64,000 bases of DNA, taken from assembly GCF_009914755.1 (NCBI RefSeq), contig NC_060928.1, one strand, 5' to 3'. The DNA is from the human T2T-CHM13v2.0 reference genome, Homo sapiens. Below, piece by piece: positions 18,347 through 32,000 of the stretch. Every line of letters starts with the position of its first letter. The stretch's first letter is position 1. The translations under genes were made by a program, and so were the position numbers. Under the pieces are notes generated by a model. The model ran no database searches and was not told the origin of the DNA. It worked only from the letters and a program-made list of their open reading frames with translations.

Positions 18347-20393
18347 GGAAAGAACATAAGAATATCAAAGGAGGATCACCCCTTCTATATAATTAAAATT
18401 TCTCAGCACAGACACTATGTGCCTTCCCCCTCCTAAAATTCAAACATGTCAGTTTAAGAACCCCTGAGTACTCATTAATTATAATGTTAATCATTAAAAT
18501 TATAATTCAAAAATGTTTATTCTGCATTTTGTGGAGGTATAAAATGCATGGTATTATAACATTACTAATTGAAATCTAAATGTGTCCAAAGAGAACAGAT
18601 TGTGTAAATTACAAAAACATATACAAGGAAAAATATCACCATATATTGAGTGCTCATGTGGGCCAGGCATTTTTCTAAGCACTTATCATGTATTAATTCA
18701 TTTAACCCTCCCAACAATCCTATGAGATAGGATTGGTTTTTTCTCTATTTTCCAGATGGGAAAACCGAGGCACATTTATCCTTATTGTGTGAAATTCTGT
18801 TGTGTATTAAAAGGTGAGCTAAGGACTAGTGTACCATCACTGGTTTCCCAGAGGTGAGCATTGCAGGAGAGGGCCTAGAGCAGGATGAAGGGCCTGGTTA
18901 GTTCAAGGGCAGGGAAGAAGGGAAACCTGGCAATATAGACTAGCAATGAGGGGCATAGACTTCACAGTCAGACATGTCTGGGTTCAAATTCCAGCTCTGT
19001 GTAAGCTTGGACATGTTATTTAACCTTTCTGAACCCTAGATCCTATTTCTTTAAAGTAGGAAGAATAATATCTAACCCACGGGATATTTGTAAGGATTTA
19101 AAAATGAGAATGAGGTCTTTTAGCACAGTGCCTGATCAATAGTAAAGACACATAATTAGCTATTGTAATCATTAATATTATTTCACCTAAAACTGGCATT
19201 TCTACAACTATGTAAAAGAGCTTGTTTTGGGAGCGTTTGTTATTAATTTTACAACTTTCCTTTTACAAATCATTCTATAGCAAATTTTCATTTTTAAATT
19301 TTAAGTGAACTAAATTAACTTTGTTATAAGAAAAATTTAGGTAATTTTACAGTATTATTTAAGATAATTGGGACACCCTGAGAAGTTTTCAAAACTTGGA
19401 TTAGTACTCACTGAAATAGGAATATGGCTGCGATGACTGAGGGGAAATATATCATCTCAACTCTTTTGCATTTAACTGTGGGCACTTGTCATGTGCTGCT
19501 AGACTTGGAAAGGATTTGAGGTAATGGATTGATAATGGAGAGGGGTGATTACTCTTTAACCTCACTTTGAAAGCTGATGAGTTAACCAGGTGAAGAGTTC
19601 AGAGGCAGAGCCCTACTGCCCAGCTCTGTCATGTACCAGCTGTGTAACCTTATATACAGAGGAGCCTCTGTTTGCCTCAGTTTCTGGATCTCTAAAATGG
19701 ATACAAGAAAGTATTAATAAATTGCAAAAGGGTAGTTGTGAAAGATAAATAAGCTAATCCCCTAGAACAGTATCTGGCAGATAATAACACTTGAAAAATG
19801 TTAGCTATTATTGTTTAGGAAGTATGAATAAAGTGAGGAATGAACTTTAAAAGATTAATGATGAGTTTATATTTAGAATTATGTACCAGGCAGAGAAAAA
19901 AGACCACAGGAACATATATTTACATTTTAGTTACATTTGCTATTACTCTTGTGATAGAGCTTCAGATTTTCTAAGAAAAACACACCAATTCCTATAGCAA
20001 AGTGTTCTCAACTTTTTAGAATCACTACCTTCTAAAAATAAAAATTAACTTTAATTTAATTGATTACATTAATTTAATTTGATTACTCCTTGCTGAGAAA
20101 AATTAAATACTAAGGACTAAGATTTTGTTAGATACGACTGAGTTTTGGAGGGCCACAAACCATTATAATAGCTAAGATTTTTTTGCCCCTCCAAGAATCA
20201 ATTTTTGCCTCCTTCAGGGCTCTATCAAGACCCTATTGAGAATACATACTATAGTAATATATTATCATTGTAAAGATCAAGTTTCATTATTTAAACAAAA
20301 AGGTTTTGTAATTAGTTTTATTAAAACTAGCTCTTTGTGGTAACTTTGCAAAATAATTTTGCTCATTTGAAATTAAGGTCTTTCTCTTCTTAA

Positions 20394-20507
<114 letters not shown>

Positions 20508-20756
20508 TAAGTCTTTGTTTTTATACATTTCAGTCAGTAGCTAATGACTGCAAATATCTTCAGTTCGAAACTTCCATTAATGATAAGGCCCTCCATTGAT
20601 TTAATAATTTTTTTAGAGAAAAAATACTGTATTAATTATATATCTGAAAAATGTTTTTTCTAACAATGTCTTATCCATGCATTATCCACTTTAAGTTTTC
20701 AGCATCAAAATCTAAGTCTGGATCTAAGCTGTTTCTGCATTTAGAATCTAAATGTT

Positions 20757-21060
20757 ATTATTATTTTTTTTAATAGAGACAGGATCTCTCTCTGTTACCC
20801 AGGCTGGAGTGCTGTGGTATGATCATAGCTCACTGTAGCCTTGAACTCCTGTGCTCACGTGATCCTCCCTTCTCAGCTTCCTGAGTAGCTGGGACTATAG
20901 GCATGCACCACAAGGCCTGGCTAATTTTTAAATTTTTTTTAATTTTTAGAGAGACAGGGTCTCACCATCTTGACCAGGCTGGTCTCCTGGGCTCAAGTGA
21001 TCCTCCCAGCTCAGCCTCCCAAAGTGCTAGGATTATAAGCGTGAGCCACTACGCCCAGCC
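20757..21060 (-). mobile_element. Alu (AluJ-like)
   Basis: Antisense dimeric Alu. Confidence 0.9.
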
Positions 21061-21249
21061 TAATTATTATTTTTAATCACATGTGGCCATCAACAACTAT
21101 GCATAGCATCACACTGCTTTTCCTAACTTATGTTCATGGTTCTGACCTCCTTTAACACTTTGAGGATTTGCTCTGTAATTTCAAACCATAGTGAAAAACA
21201 CCAAGGTTTCATCTACATTTTCTATTTGCTTAGAATTATAGTTTTTTCT

Positions 21250-22240
21250 AACAAAAGTAGACAAATGGGACTTAATTAAACTAAAAAGCTTCTGCACAGC
21301 AAAAGAAACAATCAACAGAGCAAACACAACCAACAGAATGGCAAAAAATATTTGCAAACTATGCATCCAGCAACAAGCAAATATCCAGAATCTGCAAGGA
21401 ACTCAAACAACTCAACAAGAAAAAAAAAATAACCTATTAAAAACTGGGCAAAGGACATAAATAGACATTTTTCAAAAGAAGACATATAAGCAGCCAACAA
21501 AAATATGAAAAAATGCTCAATATCATTAATCATCAGAAAAATGCAAATTAAAACCACAATGAAATACCGTCTTATACCAGTCAGAATAGCTATTATTAAA
21601 AAGTCTAAAAATAATAGATGTTGGTAACGATGTAGAGAAAAGGGAATGCTTATATACTGTTGATAGGAATGTAAATTAGTAGAACCTTTATGGAAAACAG
21701 TATGGAGATTTCTCAAAGAACTAAAACTAGAACTATCATTCGACCCAGTAATACCACTACTGAGTGTATACCCAAAGGGAAAGAAATCATTATATCAAAA
21801 AGATACCTGCACTCGTATGTTTATTGCAACACTATTCATAATAGCAAAGGTAAAGAATCAACCTAAGTGTCCCATCAGTGGAGCACTGGAGAAAGAAAAT
21901 GTGGTATACACACACACACACACACAGACACACACACCATAGAATACTACTCAGCCATAAAACAAGAATAAATTGTGTCTTTTGCAGCAACATGGGTGGA
22001 ACTGGAGGCCAAAAAGAAGTAACTCAGAAAGTCAAATACTGCATGTTCTCACTCATAAGTGGGAGCTCAGCCATGGGTACACAAGGACATACAGAGAGGA
22101 ATAACAGACACTGGAGACTCCAAAAGGTGGGAGGGTGGATGAGGGTTGAAAAATTACCTGGGTACACTTAAAGTCCAGACTTCACCACTACCCAATATAT
22201 GCATGCAAAGACCTCCACTTGCACCTCACAAATACATATA
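21250..22240 (+). mobile_element. 5'-truncated older primate L1 (L1PB-like), ORF2 end plus 3'UTR
   Basis: Homologous to 37125-38120 of the full-length L1; internal (CA)n near 21907. Confidence 0.85.
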
Positions 22241-22906
22241 TTTTTTTAACTAAATGATTTTTTTATTACAGTTTTTCTTTCTTGAGTTGCACATGTATGA
22301 AAATTAGACAATTGCTGTTGCAATTCAAGCCAAAAACTCTTCCCAGGAGGATATTGAGTGCTTGAGTAATAGTCCTTTATGATGCATGAATAGGAGTCAC
22401 AAATCTCTCTTGCCTTTGGAAATTCCATAATCTATTCTGAGAAATTTAGAATTTTCTAGTGATCTTAATTGCTAGACCCTCTTAATTGTCAATAGTCTTA
22501 ATTGACAGACTATACATTTTTATTGCAGTGTTGCATCGAAGTGTAATTTTAGAGGCATTTAGGATCCAGTTTTAAGTTAACATTCAGCCATGGTTGGTGC
22601 TACCAATGCAAATATCTGCAGAGAAAATAAATGAATAATTTATTTGCAAATATAATTTTGTACATGTATGTGTAATGACAACCAATTTCTTTTGACATTT
22701 ATTATGATATATTCCAACATTCAAAAATATTAAAATATGGAAAAAGATTAGTCTTTAAACAAAGAAAGTATAGTTCTAACATTTGATTTTTTCTATAAAA
22801 CATTTTTACATAATTCTACTTTACTGTCATAGAGACTTTGGATTCATTGAGAATACTGACACATAAATTCGTGTTGTAGGAGTTATTCTGTCAAAAAGTA
22901 CTCTTT

Positions 22907-23202
22907 GGACCAGGTACGGTGACTCATGCCTGTAATCTTAGCACTTTGAGAGGCCCAAGGGAGGAAGACTGCTTGAGCTCAGGAGTTTGAGACCAGCCTT
23001 GGCAACATAATGAGAACTTGTCTCTACAAAGAAAAAAAAAAGAAAAGCTAGCCAGGCCTGGGGTCACATGACTGTAGTCCCAGCTGCTAGAGAGGTTGAG
23101 GTGGGAGGATCACTTGAGCCCAGAAGGTTGAGGCTGCTGTGAGCTGTGATCACGCCACTACCCACCAGCCTAGGCAGTGGAGCAAGACCCTGTCTCAAAA
23201 AA
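22907..23202 (+). mobile_element. Alu (AluJ-like)
   Basis: TSD AAGTACTCTTT. Confidence 0.9.
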
Positions 23203-24603
23203 AGAAGTACTCTTTCATTTCTAACCATGATATCTTATTTCAAATTTTCTATTCTACAGATTAAAAACATTATAGAGATTTTATTTCTTCTTAACCAATC
23301 TTGATTTCAGTTTGCCACATTTCTGTTCCTTATAAATGCCTATACCAAAAAGTGACGTTGGAATCTTAGTACATAACACAAGAGACAGAGCCCCATTGCC
23401 CTGGCCCTCCACCTGCATCCTGAGGATGACTGAGTCTTAGAATATAAAACTTCTGTGCTAAGAAGGAAAGATGATCCACCAAGTCCTGTCAGAGTACAGA
23501 CACCCCAGTAAGCCCTCGGACCATCCAGAACTCTTCGATTTTCACTTCCTTCAGGAAAATTGAAGTTTTGTAACAAATTCTCAAACTTGTCTCATTATGG
23601 TCAGATGAATTGAGTTCAATTGAAAGCCTCTGTGTTGTTGTTTCTAACCCTTTCTGCTCATCACTTGACCATGAAGCCACCGATTCTCAAAGCTTTCACT
23701 GATATTTGTATGCAGATCTTCGGACCCTAATGTACACACACCCTAGCCCCCAATAGTCTGAAGGAATTTCCTTGTGATAATAGGAACTAACCTAGGTATA
23801 GTTCATTGTCATCAAATACCTGAGTAGCCACCAGCTATGACTTTGACACCTAAGACCCTAGGCCTGTGTTCAATTTCAACAGTCTTGTTTCATTATGCAT
23901 CCAAGACAGTGATTAGGTCAAAGCAGGGCCAGTCTATCAGGTCTGGGTGAGATTTAACTTACTAAAGTCTGGGATTAAACTAATGAGTTAGTTCCATATG
24001 AGAGCTTCAAAATAAAATAATAAATAATCCAGTGAGCTAAAAATAACATAAAAATAAAGTGAGAGTTCCAAAGTATTAATTTAGCTTGCCCAAGGAAAAT
24101 CTCAGGCTCCTGTGGAAGGAACTGTCAACTCAATTGATTATATCAGCTGAGCTAGGGATATCTCCTGAGAATGTCTCCTCCCTATTCTCAGGAAAAATTC
24201 CTAGCTTGGTTGATGTCATCAGGTCCATACTGGTAATTTCCACTTAGGAACATTGCTGACTATGGAGTCCTAGGCTGACCAAAAGAAATTTCTCAACTGC
24301 AGAACAGCTTCTTTTCCAAAAATGTCCTTGTACATTAATAGATGAGGAAAGTGAATGAGGCTTAGAGAGGTTTAGTAACTTGCCTAAGCTGATAAAGTAG
24401 TGATGAGGTAGATCTCAAATCATGCCATTTCAGAGCTGATTAATTTATCCTGGAGAAGATGGTTTCTTAGAGGAAGATAGATCCCAAAAAGTATCTCAGG
24501 CAAATCACTGATTCATTCTATCCCAAACAATGAAAATAAATTGAAATAATAAAAGTCTTCTGTATATGGAGATCCATGTTAGCATCAGTCATGGGAAGAG
24601 AAT

Positions 24604-24906
24604 ATTATTATTATTATTATTATTTGAGATGGAGTCTCACTCTGTCACCCAGGCTGGAGTACAGTGGCGCAATTTCAGCTCACTGCAAACTCTGCCTCCC
24701 GGGTTCAAGCAATTCTCCTGCCCTTAGCCTCCCGAGTAGCTGGGATTACAGGCGCATGCCACCACACCCGGCTAATTTTTGTATTTTTAGTAGAGAGAGG
24801 GTTTCACCATGTTGGTCAGGCTGGTCTTGAACTCCTGACCTTATGATCCGTGTGCCTCGGCCTCCCAAAGTGCTGGGATTACAGGTGTGAGCCACCGTGC
24901 CTGGCC
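24604..24906 (-). mobile_element. Alu (AluS-like) with (TAT)n tail
   Basis: Alu body; TSD GAATATTATT. Confidence 0.92.
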
Positions 24907-25167
24907 CGGGAATATTATTTATATCATGTATATTAATACTTTTTCTCAGTGTAAGAACCAGAGCCCTCAGTACTGTAATCACCAATGTATTCCTCCACTT
25001 CTACCCTTTAATAAATTGACAGCCCTCCAGATTCCCTCAATATATATTCTTGTAAATATTGGGCCTTTGGTTTAAAAAAAAAAAATGTGTTTTATGGTCA
25101 CATGATTGTCATTTAGTGCCCCAAAGGAAATAATTAACCAAAAGTAGCCAATAAAATTAATGTAGCT

Positions 25168-25306
25168 TCTTATCAGAAAAAATAGCTAATACATGCTAGG
25201 CTTAATACTTAGGTGATGGGTTGATAGGTACAGCAAACCACCATGGCACATGTTTACCTATGTAACAAAGCTGCACATCCTGCACGTGTACCCCCGAATT
25301 TAAAAA
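25168..25306 (+). mobile_element. Very short 5'-truncated L1PA 3' end
   Basis: L1 3'-terminal motif; 15-bp TSD AAAATTAATGTAGCT at 25153 and 25307. Confidence 0.85.
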
Positions 25307-25526
25307 AAAATTAATGTAGCTCTTCAAAATGCCTAGCATACCACACAGTAAGTACCTTATAGTATAGCATAACCCGGCTTAATAATTACTTTTAAAATAG
25401 CAACATAATGACAGACTGCACTTTGAAAGAATGCATCTGTAGTGTTCCACATCTTTTGTGAGCTTAAGCAACTCAGTGACAAAGATTATCTTTTAAATCT
25501 TGTATTTGTAAATTGGTCTACTACTC

Positions 25527-25840
25527 CCCAGTGGTGGCTCATGCCTGTAATCCCAGCACTTTGGGAGGCCGAGGTGGTGGATCATTTGAGTCCAAGAGTT
25601 CAAGACCAGCCTTGGCAACATAGTGAGACCTTGTCTCTACAAAACATTCTTTTAAAAATTTGCAAGGCATGGTGGCGCATGCCTATAGTCTCAACTACTC
25701 AGGAGGCTGAGGCTGGAAGATCACTTGAGCCAGTGAGGTCGTGGCTACAGTGAGTTGTAATTGTGCCACTGCACTCCGGCCTGGGCAACAGAGTGAGACC
25801 CTGTCTCTAAAAAAAAAAAAAAAAAAAAAAAAAGGAAAAA
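25527..25840 (+). mobile_element. Alu (AluJ-like)
   Basis: Alu body and long A-tail ending ~70 bp before exon ~21. Confidence 0.9.
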
Positions 25841-25907
25841 GTACATGTAAATAAAATTCTAAAATATATATTAAAATTATTAAAATTCACTCTTATTTTT
25901 TTTTCAG

Positions 25908-25965
25908 GGGTGATTATGTAAATGCTTTGGCTCATTATGAGAAAGGAATAACAGGTGATAATAAG
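25908..25965 (+). CDS. WDR19: WDR19 exon ~21 ([19 protein letters not shown])
   Basis: ttcag|G...AAG|gtaacc, 58 bp. Confidence 0.94.
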
Positions 25966-26300
25966 GTAACCTTGGATAAAGATAAGATATGCCTAATTAT
26001 GTCTGGGTTTGTTTTCAGTTTCATTTTTAAAAATCATGGTCTTATTTGTATTGTATTTAATATCTAGCAGGTGAGTGTTTTCTTTGGTTTACTAACAACC
26101 TTGCAAGGAAATAGTTAAATCATTTTAAAACACTTCAAGCTCTTAAAATCTGATGATGACAATATTTTTATCAGTCTGATAAGTTTTACATCCTTAATAT
26201 AAGTCTAATTAAAGTTGGAAATAAGATTTTTATCCTTTCTTACTTATAGGCTATGATTTTCATAAGGTTTTTCCTTTTGCTCTTTTTGAAAGTTTCAGTA

Positions 26301-26607
<307 letters not shown>

Positions 26608-26923
26608 TCAGTAACCATTTTGAAAGTGAATTTCCAATCCGTAAAACTTCATTCTGCCGTTTCTTTCTCATACTGTATCTTTTAAGATGACCCTGGAGAG
26701 CATGACCCACTGTGCCACCTCTTTTTCCCATCCCAGAATTCTAGCTTAAAAAGCTAAGATTTATAATAATAATTGCTGTTTTTAAGTTAGGTAATGTCTT
26801 GTGAAGCTTGAAAATCTTTTGACTTTCTGTTTTATATATAGCATTTTTATTACAAAAGTAATGCAACCTCATGATAGCTAATTTGAAAAATCATCAAAAT
26901 ATGTTAACATGAAAAGTGAGTCC

Positions 26924-27454
26924 AGGCCAGCCTGGCCAATGTGGCAAAACCCCATCTCTACTAGAAATACAAAAATTAGCCAGCCGTGATGACGGGTGCC
27001 TATAATCCCAGCTACTTGGGAGGCTGAGGTGGGGAGAATCGCTTGAACCCAGAAGGCGGAGGTTGCAGTGAGCTGAGATTGCGCCATTGCACCCCAGCCT
27101 GGGCAACAGAGTGAGACTATATCTCAAAAAAAAAAAAAAAAAAGTGGGTCCGGGGCCGGGCACAGTGGCTCACGCTGGTAACCCCAGCACTTTGGGAGGC
27201 TGAGGCCGGTGGATCACTTTAGGTCAGGAGACCAGTCTGGCCAACATGGTTAAACCCTGTCTCTAATAAAAATACAAAATTAGCCAGGTGTGGTGGCACA
27301 CGCCTGTAATCCCAGCTACTCGGGTAGCTGAGGCAGGAGAATCACTTGAATTGGGAAGCGGAGGTTGTAGTGAGCTGAGATCACACCGTTGCACTCCAGC
27401 CTGGGCGACAAGAGGGAAACTCTGTCTCAAAAAAAAAAAAAAGAAAGAAAGAAA
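26924..27454 (+). mobile_element. Two tandem Alus (5'-deleted 26924-27143; full 27154-27454)
   Basis: Three copies of target AAAGTGRGTCC. Confidence 0.9.
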
Positions 27455-27711
27455 GAAAAGTGAGTCCAATATTCTCTCCTCCATCCACACCCCTTAATGG
27501 TAACTACTGTTAATGATTTTATATATTTTCTTCCAGAAGCTCTTCTAAGCATACTTGTAATATGGATTTTTTTTTTTTTTTTACCAAAAATGAAATCATT
27601 CATTTCCATTCACTCAGCAAAGATCATTGAGTATTCACTCAGTGCAAAGCAGCATTTTGCTTTCTTCATGGCCTTTCCAAGTCAATACATATGAATCTGT
27701 CTTAATCTTTT

Positions 27712-28055
27712 TATTTTTGAGACAGGGTCTCATTCTGTTGCCCACACTGGGGTGCAGTGGAAGAATCAGCTCACTGCAGCCTCAAACTCCTGGGCTCAAG
27801 TGATCCTCCTGCTCCAGCCTCCTTATTAGCTGGGACTACTGGTACATGCTACCACACCCAGATAATTTTTTATTTTTATAATAAAATTAAAAATTTTTAT
27901 TTTTATGTTTATTTTTGTCTCACTTTGTTTCCCAGGCTGGAATGTAGTGGCATAATCGTAGTTTACTGAAGCTTCAAACTCCTGACCTCAAGCCATCCTC
28001 CCGCCTTAGCCTCCCTAAGCACTGCGATTACAGGCATGAGCCACCATACCCAGCC
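27712..28055 (-). mobile_element. Old Alu dimer with a FAM-like left arm
   Basis: Single TSD GTCTTAATCTTTT at 27699 and 28057. Confidence 0.75.
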
Positions 28056-28172
28056 AGTCTTAATCTTTTAAGAGCTTCTAATATTCCATTATTTGGATGT
28101 ACTATAATTTTTTGTATCCACTACCTTACTGAAGTATAGTTGTGGGGTTTTTTCTATCATCAAAAATACTGC

Positions 28173-28705
<533 letters not shown>

Positions 28706-29881
28706 AGCAACTTTTTAAAATTAAAAAGTAAAAATTAAAAAATTAAATTCATTTTTTAAAATCACTGCAATGAATATTCTACCTAGTACATGTATCTTTA
28801 GCTACCTATGATAGTATTTCTGAAGAATATTTTCTTATAAGTCACAAAGTGTACTTTTCATTTTTGACATGGCTAAATTGCTGTTCAAAAGAAATTGTAG
28901 TAATTCACACACACTCCATGTATGATAGTGTCCCCTTCATTCTCAGCAAAACTGAATGTTATCAGTTGTTTTATCTCTACCAATTTTATAAGCAAAAAAA
29001 TATATTTTATTTTATGTATATTTGATTATTGGTGAAGTTGAGCGTGTTTTTATTTATTTATTGGCCAATTGTATTTTGTTTCCACTTGTATTTTTTAATG
29101 AATTGTCTGGTCATGTCCTTTGCTCATTTATCTCTTAGGTTTTTGACATTTTCTTTGTCTGGCTACATCAATTTTAGTTCATTCTTTATCTACACCGTCA
29201 AATACAGTAAGCACTAGCCACATGTGTCTACTTAAATTATTTAAAGTTAGATAAAATTTAAAATTCAATTCCTCTGTTGCACCAGCCATATTTCAAATGC
29301 CCAGTAGCTACCATATCGGACAGGGCAGATACAGATCATTTCTGTCATCACAGAAAGTTTTACTAGACATGCTGATTTAGATAAAATATAATCTGACATT
29401 ACATCTTACTAGTAGAGATTAGTTATTTGATAAGTTTCTTTAGCTGTCTTTGGTACCTTTAATGAATTTAACAATTACTAACGAAATGAAGTTTTTATGT
29501 TTCATCATGCCTCATAGAGCAATCTTCAATTTGATAAATGGTTTTCTTCTTAATTTTATTCATAGCATTTATGCTATATAGCCAGTATATTACTTTTTAT
29601 ATTAAATTTTATACCAAAAAGACATATGAGGGATAGTAAAAATTTGGTCTTAAGCATAAAGTTGATCTAGGCTTTCGCAGAACAAAATATAATTTTGTAA
29701 TAGCTGGGTTTTTTTAAAAAAAAAAGTCTCAAGTGTTATTTTAAAATCATGAGGCTTCCCTGAAAAGATAAAAGTAAACCATAACCTTTGGACTCATTTT
29801 AGAGTTAAATTCATTGTTCTGTCTTAAACACATCGTGTTAAGCTAGAATCTGATTTGTTAGTGTTTGCCTTGTGATTGCAG

Positions 29882-30022
29882 GAACATGATGAAGCTTGTC
29901 TGGCTGGAGTGGCCCAGATGTCCATAAGAATGGGAGACATACGTCGAGGGGTTAACCAAGCCCTCAAGCATCCCAGCAGGGTCCTTAAAAGAGACTGTGG
30001 AGCCATATTGGAGAATATGAAG
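29882..30022 (+). CDS. WDR19: WDR19 exon ~22 ([10 protein letters not shown]...LENMK)
   Basis: tgcag|GAA...AAG|gtcctc, 141 bp; ORF 29876..30076. Confidence 0.94.
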
Positions 30023-30103
30023 GTCCTCTTTTCTCTGCATCAATATACATGTGGTCTTTTATACATAATAACTTAGTATTTTAATAATCCTGTCTTATTT
30101 TAG

Positions 30104-30186
30104 CAATTTTCAGAAGCGGCCCAACTGTATGAAAAAGGTCTCTACTACGATAAAGCAGCATCTGTTTACATCCGCTCTAAGAATTG
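30104..30186 (+). CDS. WDR19: WDR19 exon ~23 (QFSEAAQLYEK...RSKNW)
   Basis: tttag|CAA...TG|gtaaga, 83 bp. Confidence 0.94.
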
Positions 30187-30554
30187 GTAAGAGCTGCCTG
30201 CGGTTTGTTTCTGAACAGGATTGGAAATGAATGTGCCTCTGGGGTCTCCCCACTTGCCTCCTTGCCATGCTTTCTCTCTGTCCATTCTGTTCCCCTATCT
30301 AGACCTACCCTTCATCTCTTTTGTTCTCCTTAGATAAGTTCATATTAATAGTTCTTTTTCCAAAGAATAGCACATTCTCCTGGTTTGGTGTGGAGAAATC
30401 CTTAATCAGATAAATTAGTAGGAAAAAACAAAAACCCTGTTGTCCTAAAAGAGTTAATGGACTAACCATTTTCCTACCTTTAGGGGAGGGAGTGAAGTGG
30501 GTGTTAGGAGTAAAAGCAATTAAATCAGCTTTTACCTATAGGAGCCAAGATTTT

Positions 30555-30874
30555 CTTTCTTTTTTTTTTTTCTTTTTTTTTTTTTTTGAGACAGAAGCTC
30601 TCTCTGTTGCTCAGGCTGAAGTGCAGCTGGCACGATCTCAGCTCACTGCAACCTCCACCTCCTGGGTTCTAGCAATTCTCCTGCCTCAGCCTCCTGAGTA
30701 GCTGGGATTACAGGCATGCTGCCACAATGCCTGGCTAATTTTTGTATTTTTTTTTTTTCTAGTAGAGGTGGGGTTTCACCATGTTGGCCAGGCTGGTCTT
30801 GAACTCCTGACCTCAGGTGATCTGCCCGCCTCAGCCTTCCAAAGTTCTGGGATTACAGGCCACTGCACCCCGCC
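30555..30874 (-). mobile_element. Alu (AluS-like)
   Basis: TSD AGGAGCCAAGATTTT. Confidence 0.92.
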
Positions 30875-30943
30875 AGGAGCCAAGATTTTTGAAAGATAGT
30901 AATAACTGGTTTTTGAATCCTAAAACCTAACATTTGGTTATAG

Positions 30944-31117
<174 letters not shown>

Positions 31118-31505
31118 TAAAGTAATGTAAGCTTTACAAATTAACCATTGATATTTGCAACCCTGTAAGAAAGGCAAACCAGAGAAAGACAGAAAACACC
31201 TTTAATTACCCCTTGTTGGCCTGAAGTGCCAGACTATTAAAATCCTCCTGTACCTCATATACTTCAAGTGTTTCCTTTACATACTCAAATATAGACTATT
31301 ATCTCTTTTTATTTGAGGGTTTTATAATGGAAGTTGAAATTTTGATATGGCATGAAAATAAAGTGATTGTTATTTTATTAAGAAGGATTATTATTTTATA
31401 AATCACAGATGCAGGGGAAAAGAAAAGTGAAGAAACATGAATTCCACACATACAGCTGCTTGCTTAAGCCACATATGGCTGCTTGTTTAAGCTTGCTTAA
31501 GCTGC

Positions 31506-31591
31506 TTAACTATCCATTGCTATATTTTAACCGTATTTAAAAATGTATAACTCTATTGTAATACAGTTAAAATATAGCAATGGATAGTTAA
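31506..31591. repeat. Inverted repeat: 26-bp perfect arms, extending to 32 bp with 1 mismatch, 22-nt loop
   Basis: 31506-31531 is the exact reverse complement of 31566-31591. Confidence 0.97.
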
Positions 31592-31857
31592 TATCCTAAA
31601 CATACAAAGATCTCCCACTACTTAATACAAGAAACTCAAAGACACTAATAGGAAAATGGGCTAAAGACAAGAACACAAGCGCCAGAGGAGGAAACACAAT
31701 TATGAAATTGTATTTGATGTAAACATGAAAAGGTTCTACCTCACTAATAGTAATTAAATTAAGGCAACTTGTCATATTTGGAAATATTTATTTTAAACTA
31801 ATAACCATGTTGTCAAAATGTGCTTATATTACACAACTGATAGAAATGTATCTTTTG

Positions 31858-32000
31858 GGCTGGGCGTGGTGGCTCACACCTGCAATCCCTGCACTTTGGG
31901 AGGCCAAGGCAAGAGGATCACTTGAGGCCAGGAGTTTGAGGACAGCCTGGGCAACATAGAGAGAGCCTCTCTCTATAACAAGTTTAAAAATAAAAAATTT
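31858..32000 (+). mobile_element. Alu left monomer (FLAM-like) whose A-rich tail received the L1
   Basis: Monomer body followed by the L1 TSD. Confidence 0.85.

Noticed and set aside
23340-24330. ~1 kb stretch I could not assign to a repeat; considered a processed pseudogene or retroelement remnant
   Set aside because: No recognisable protein in the ORF track and no poly-A/TSD; needs Dfam/BLAST
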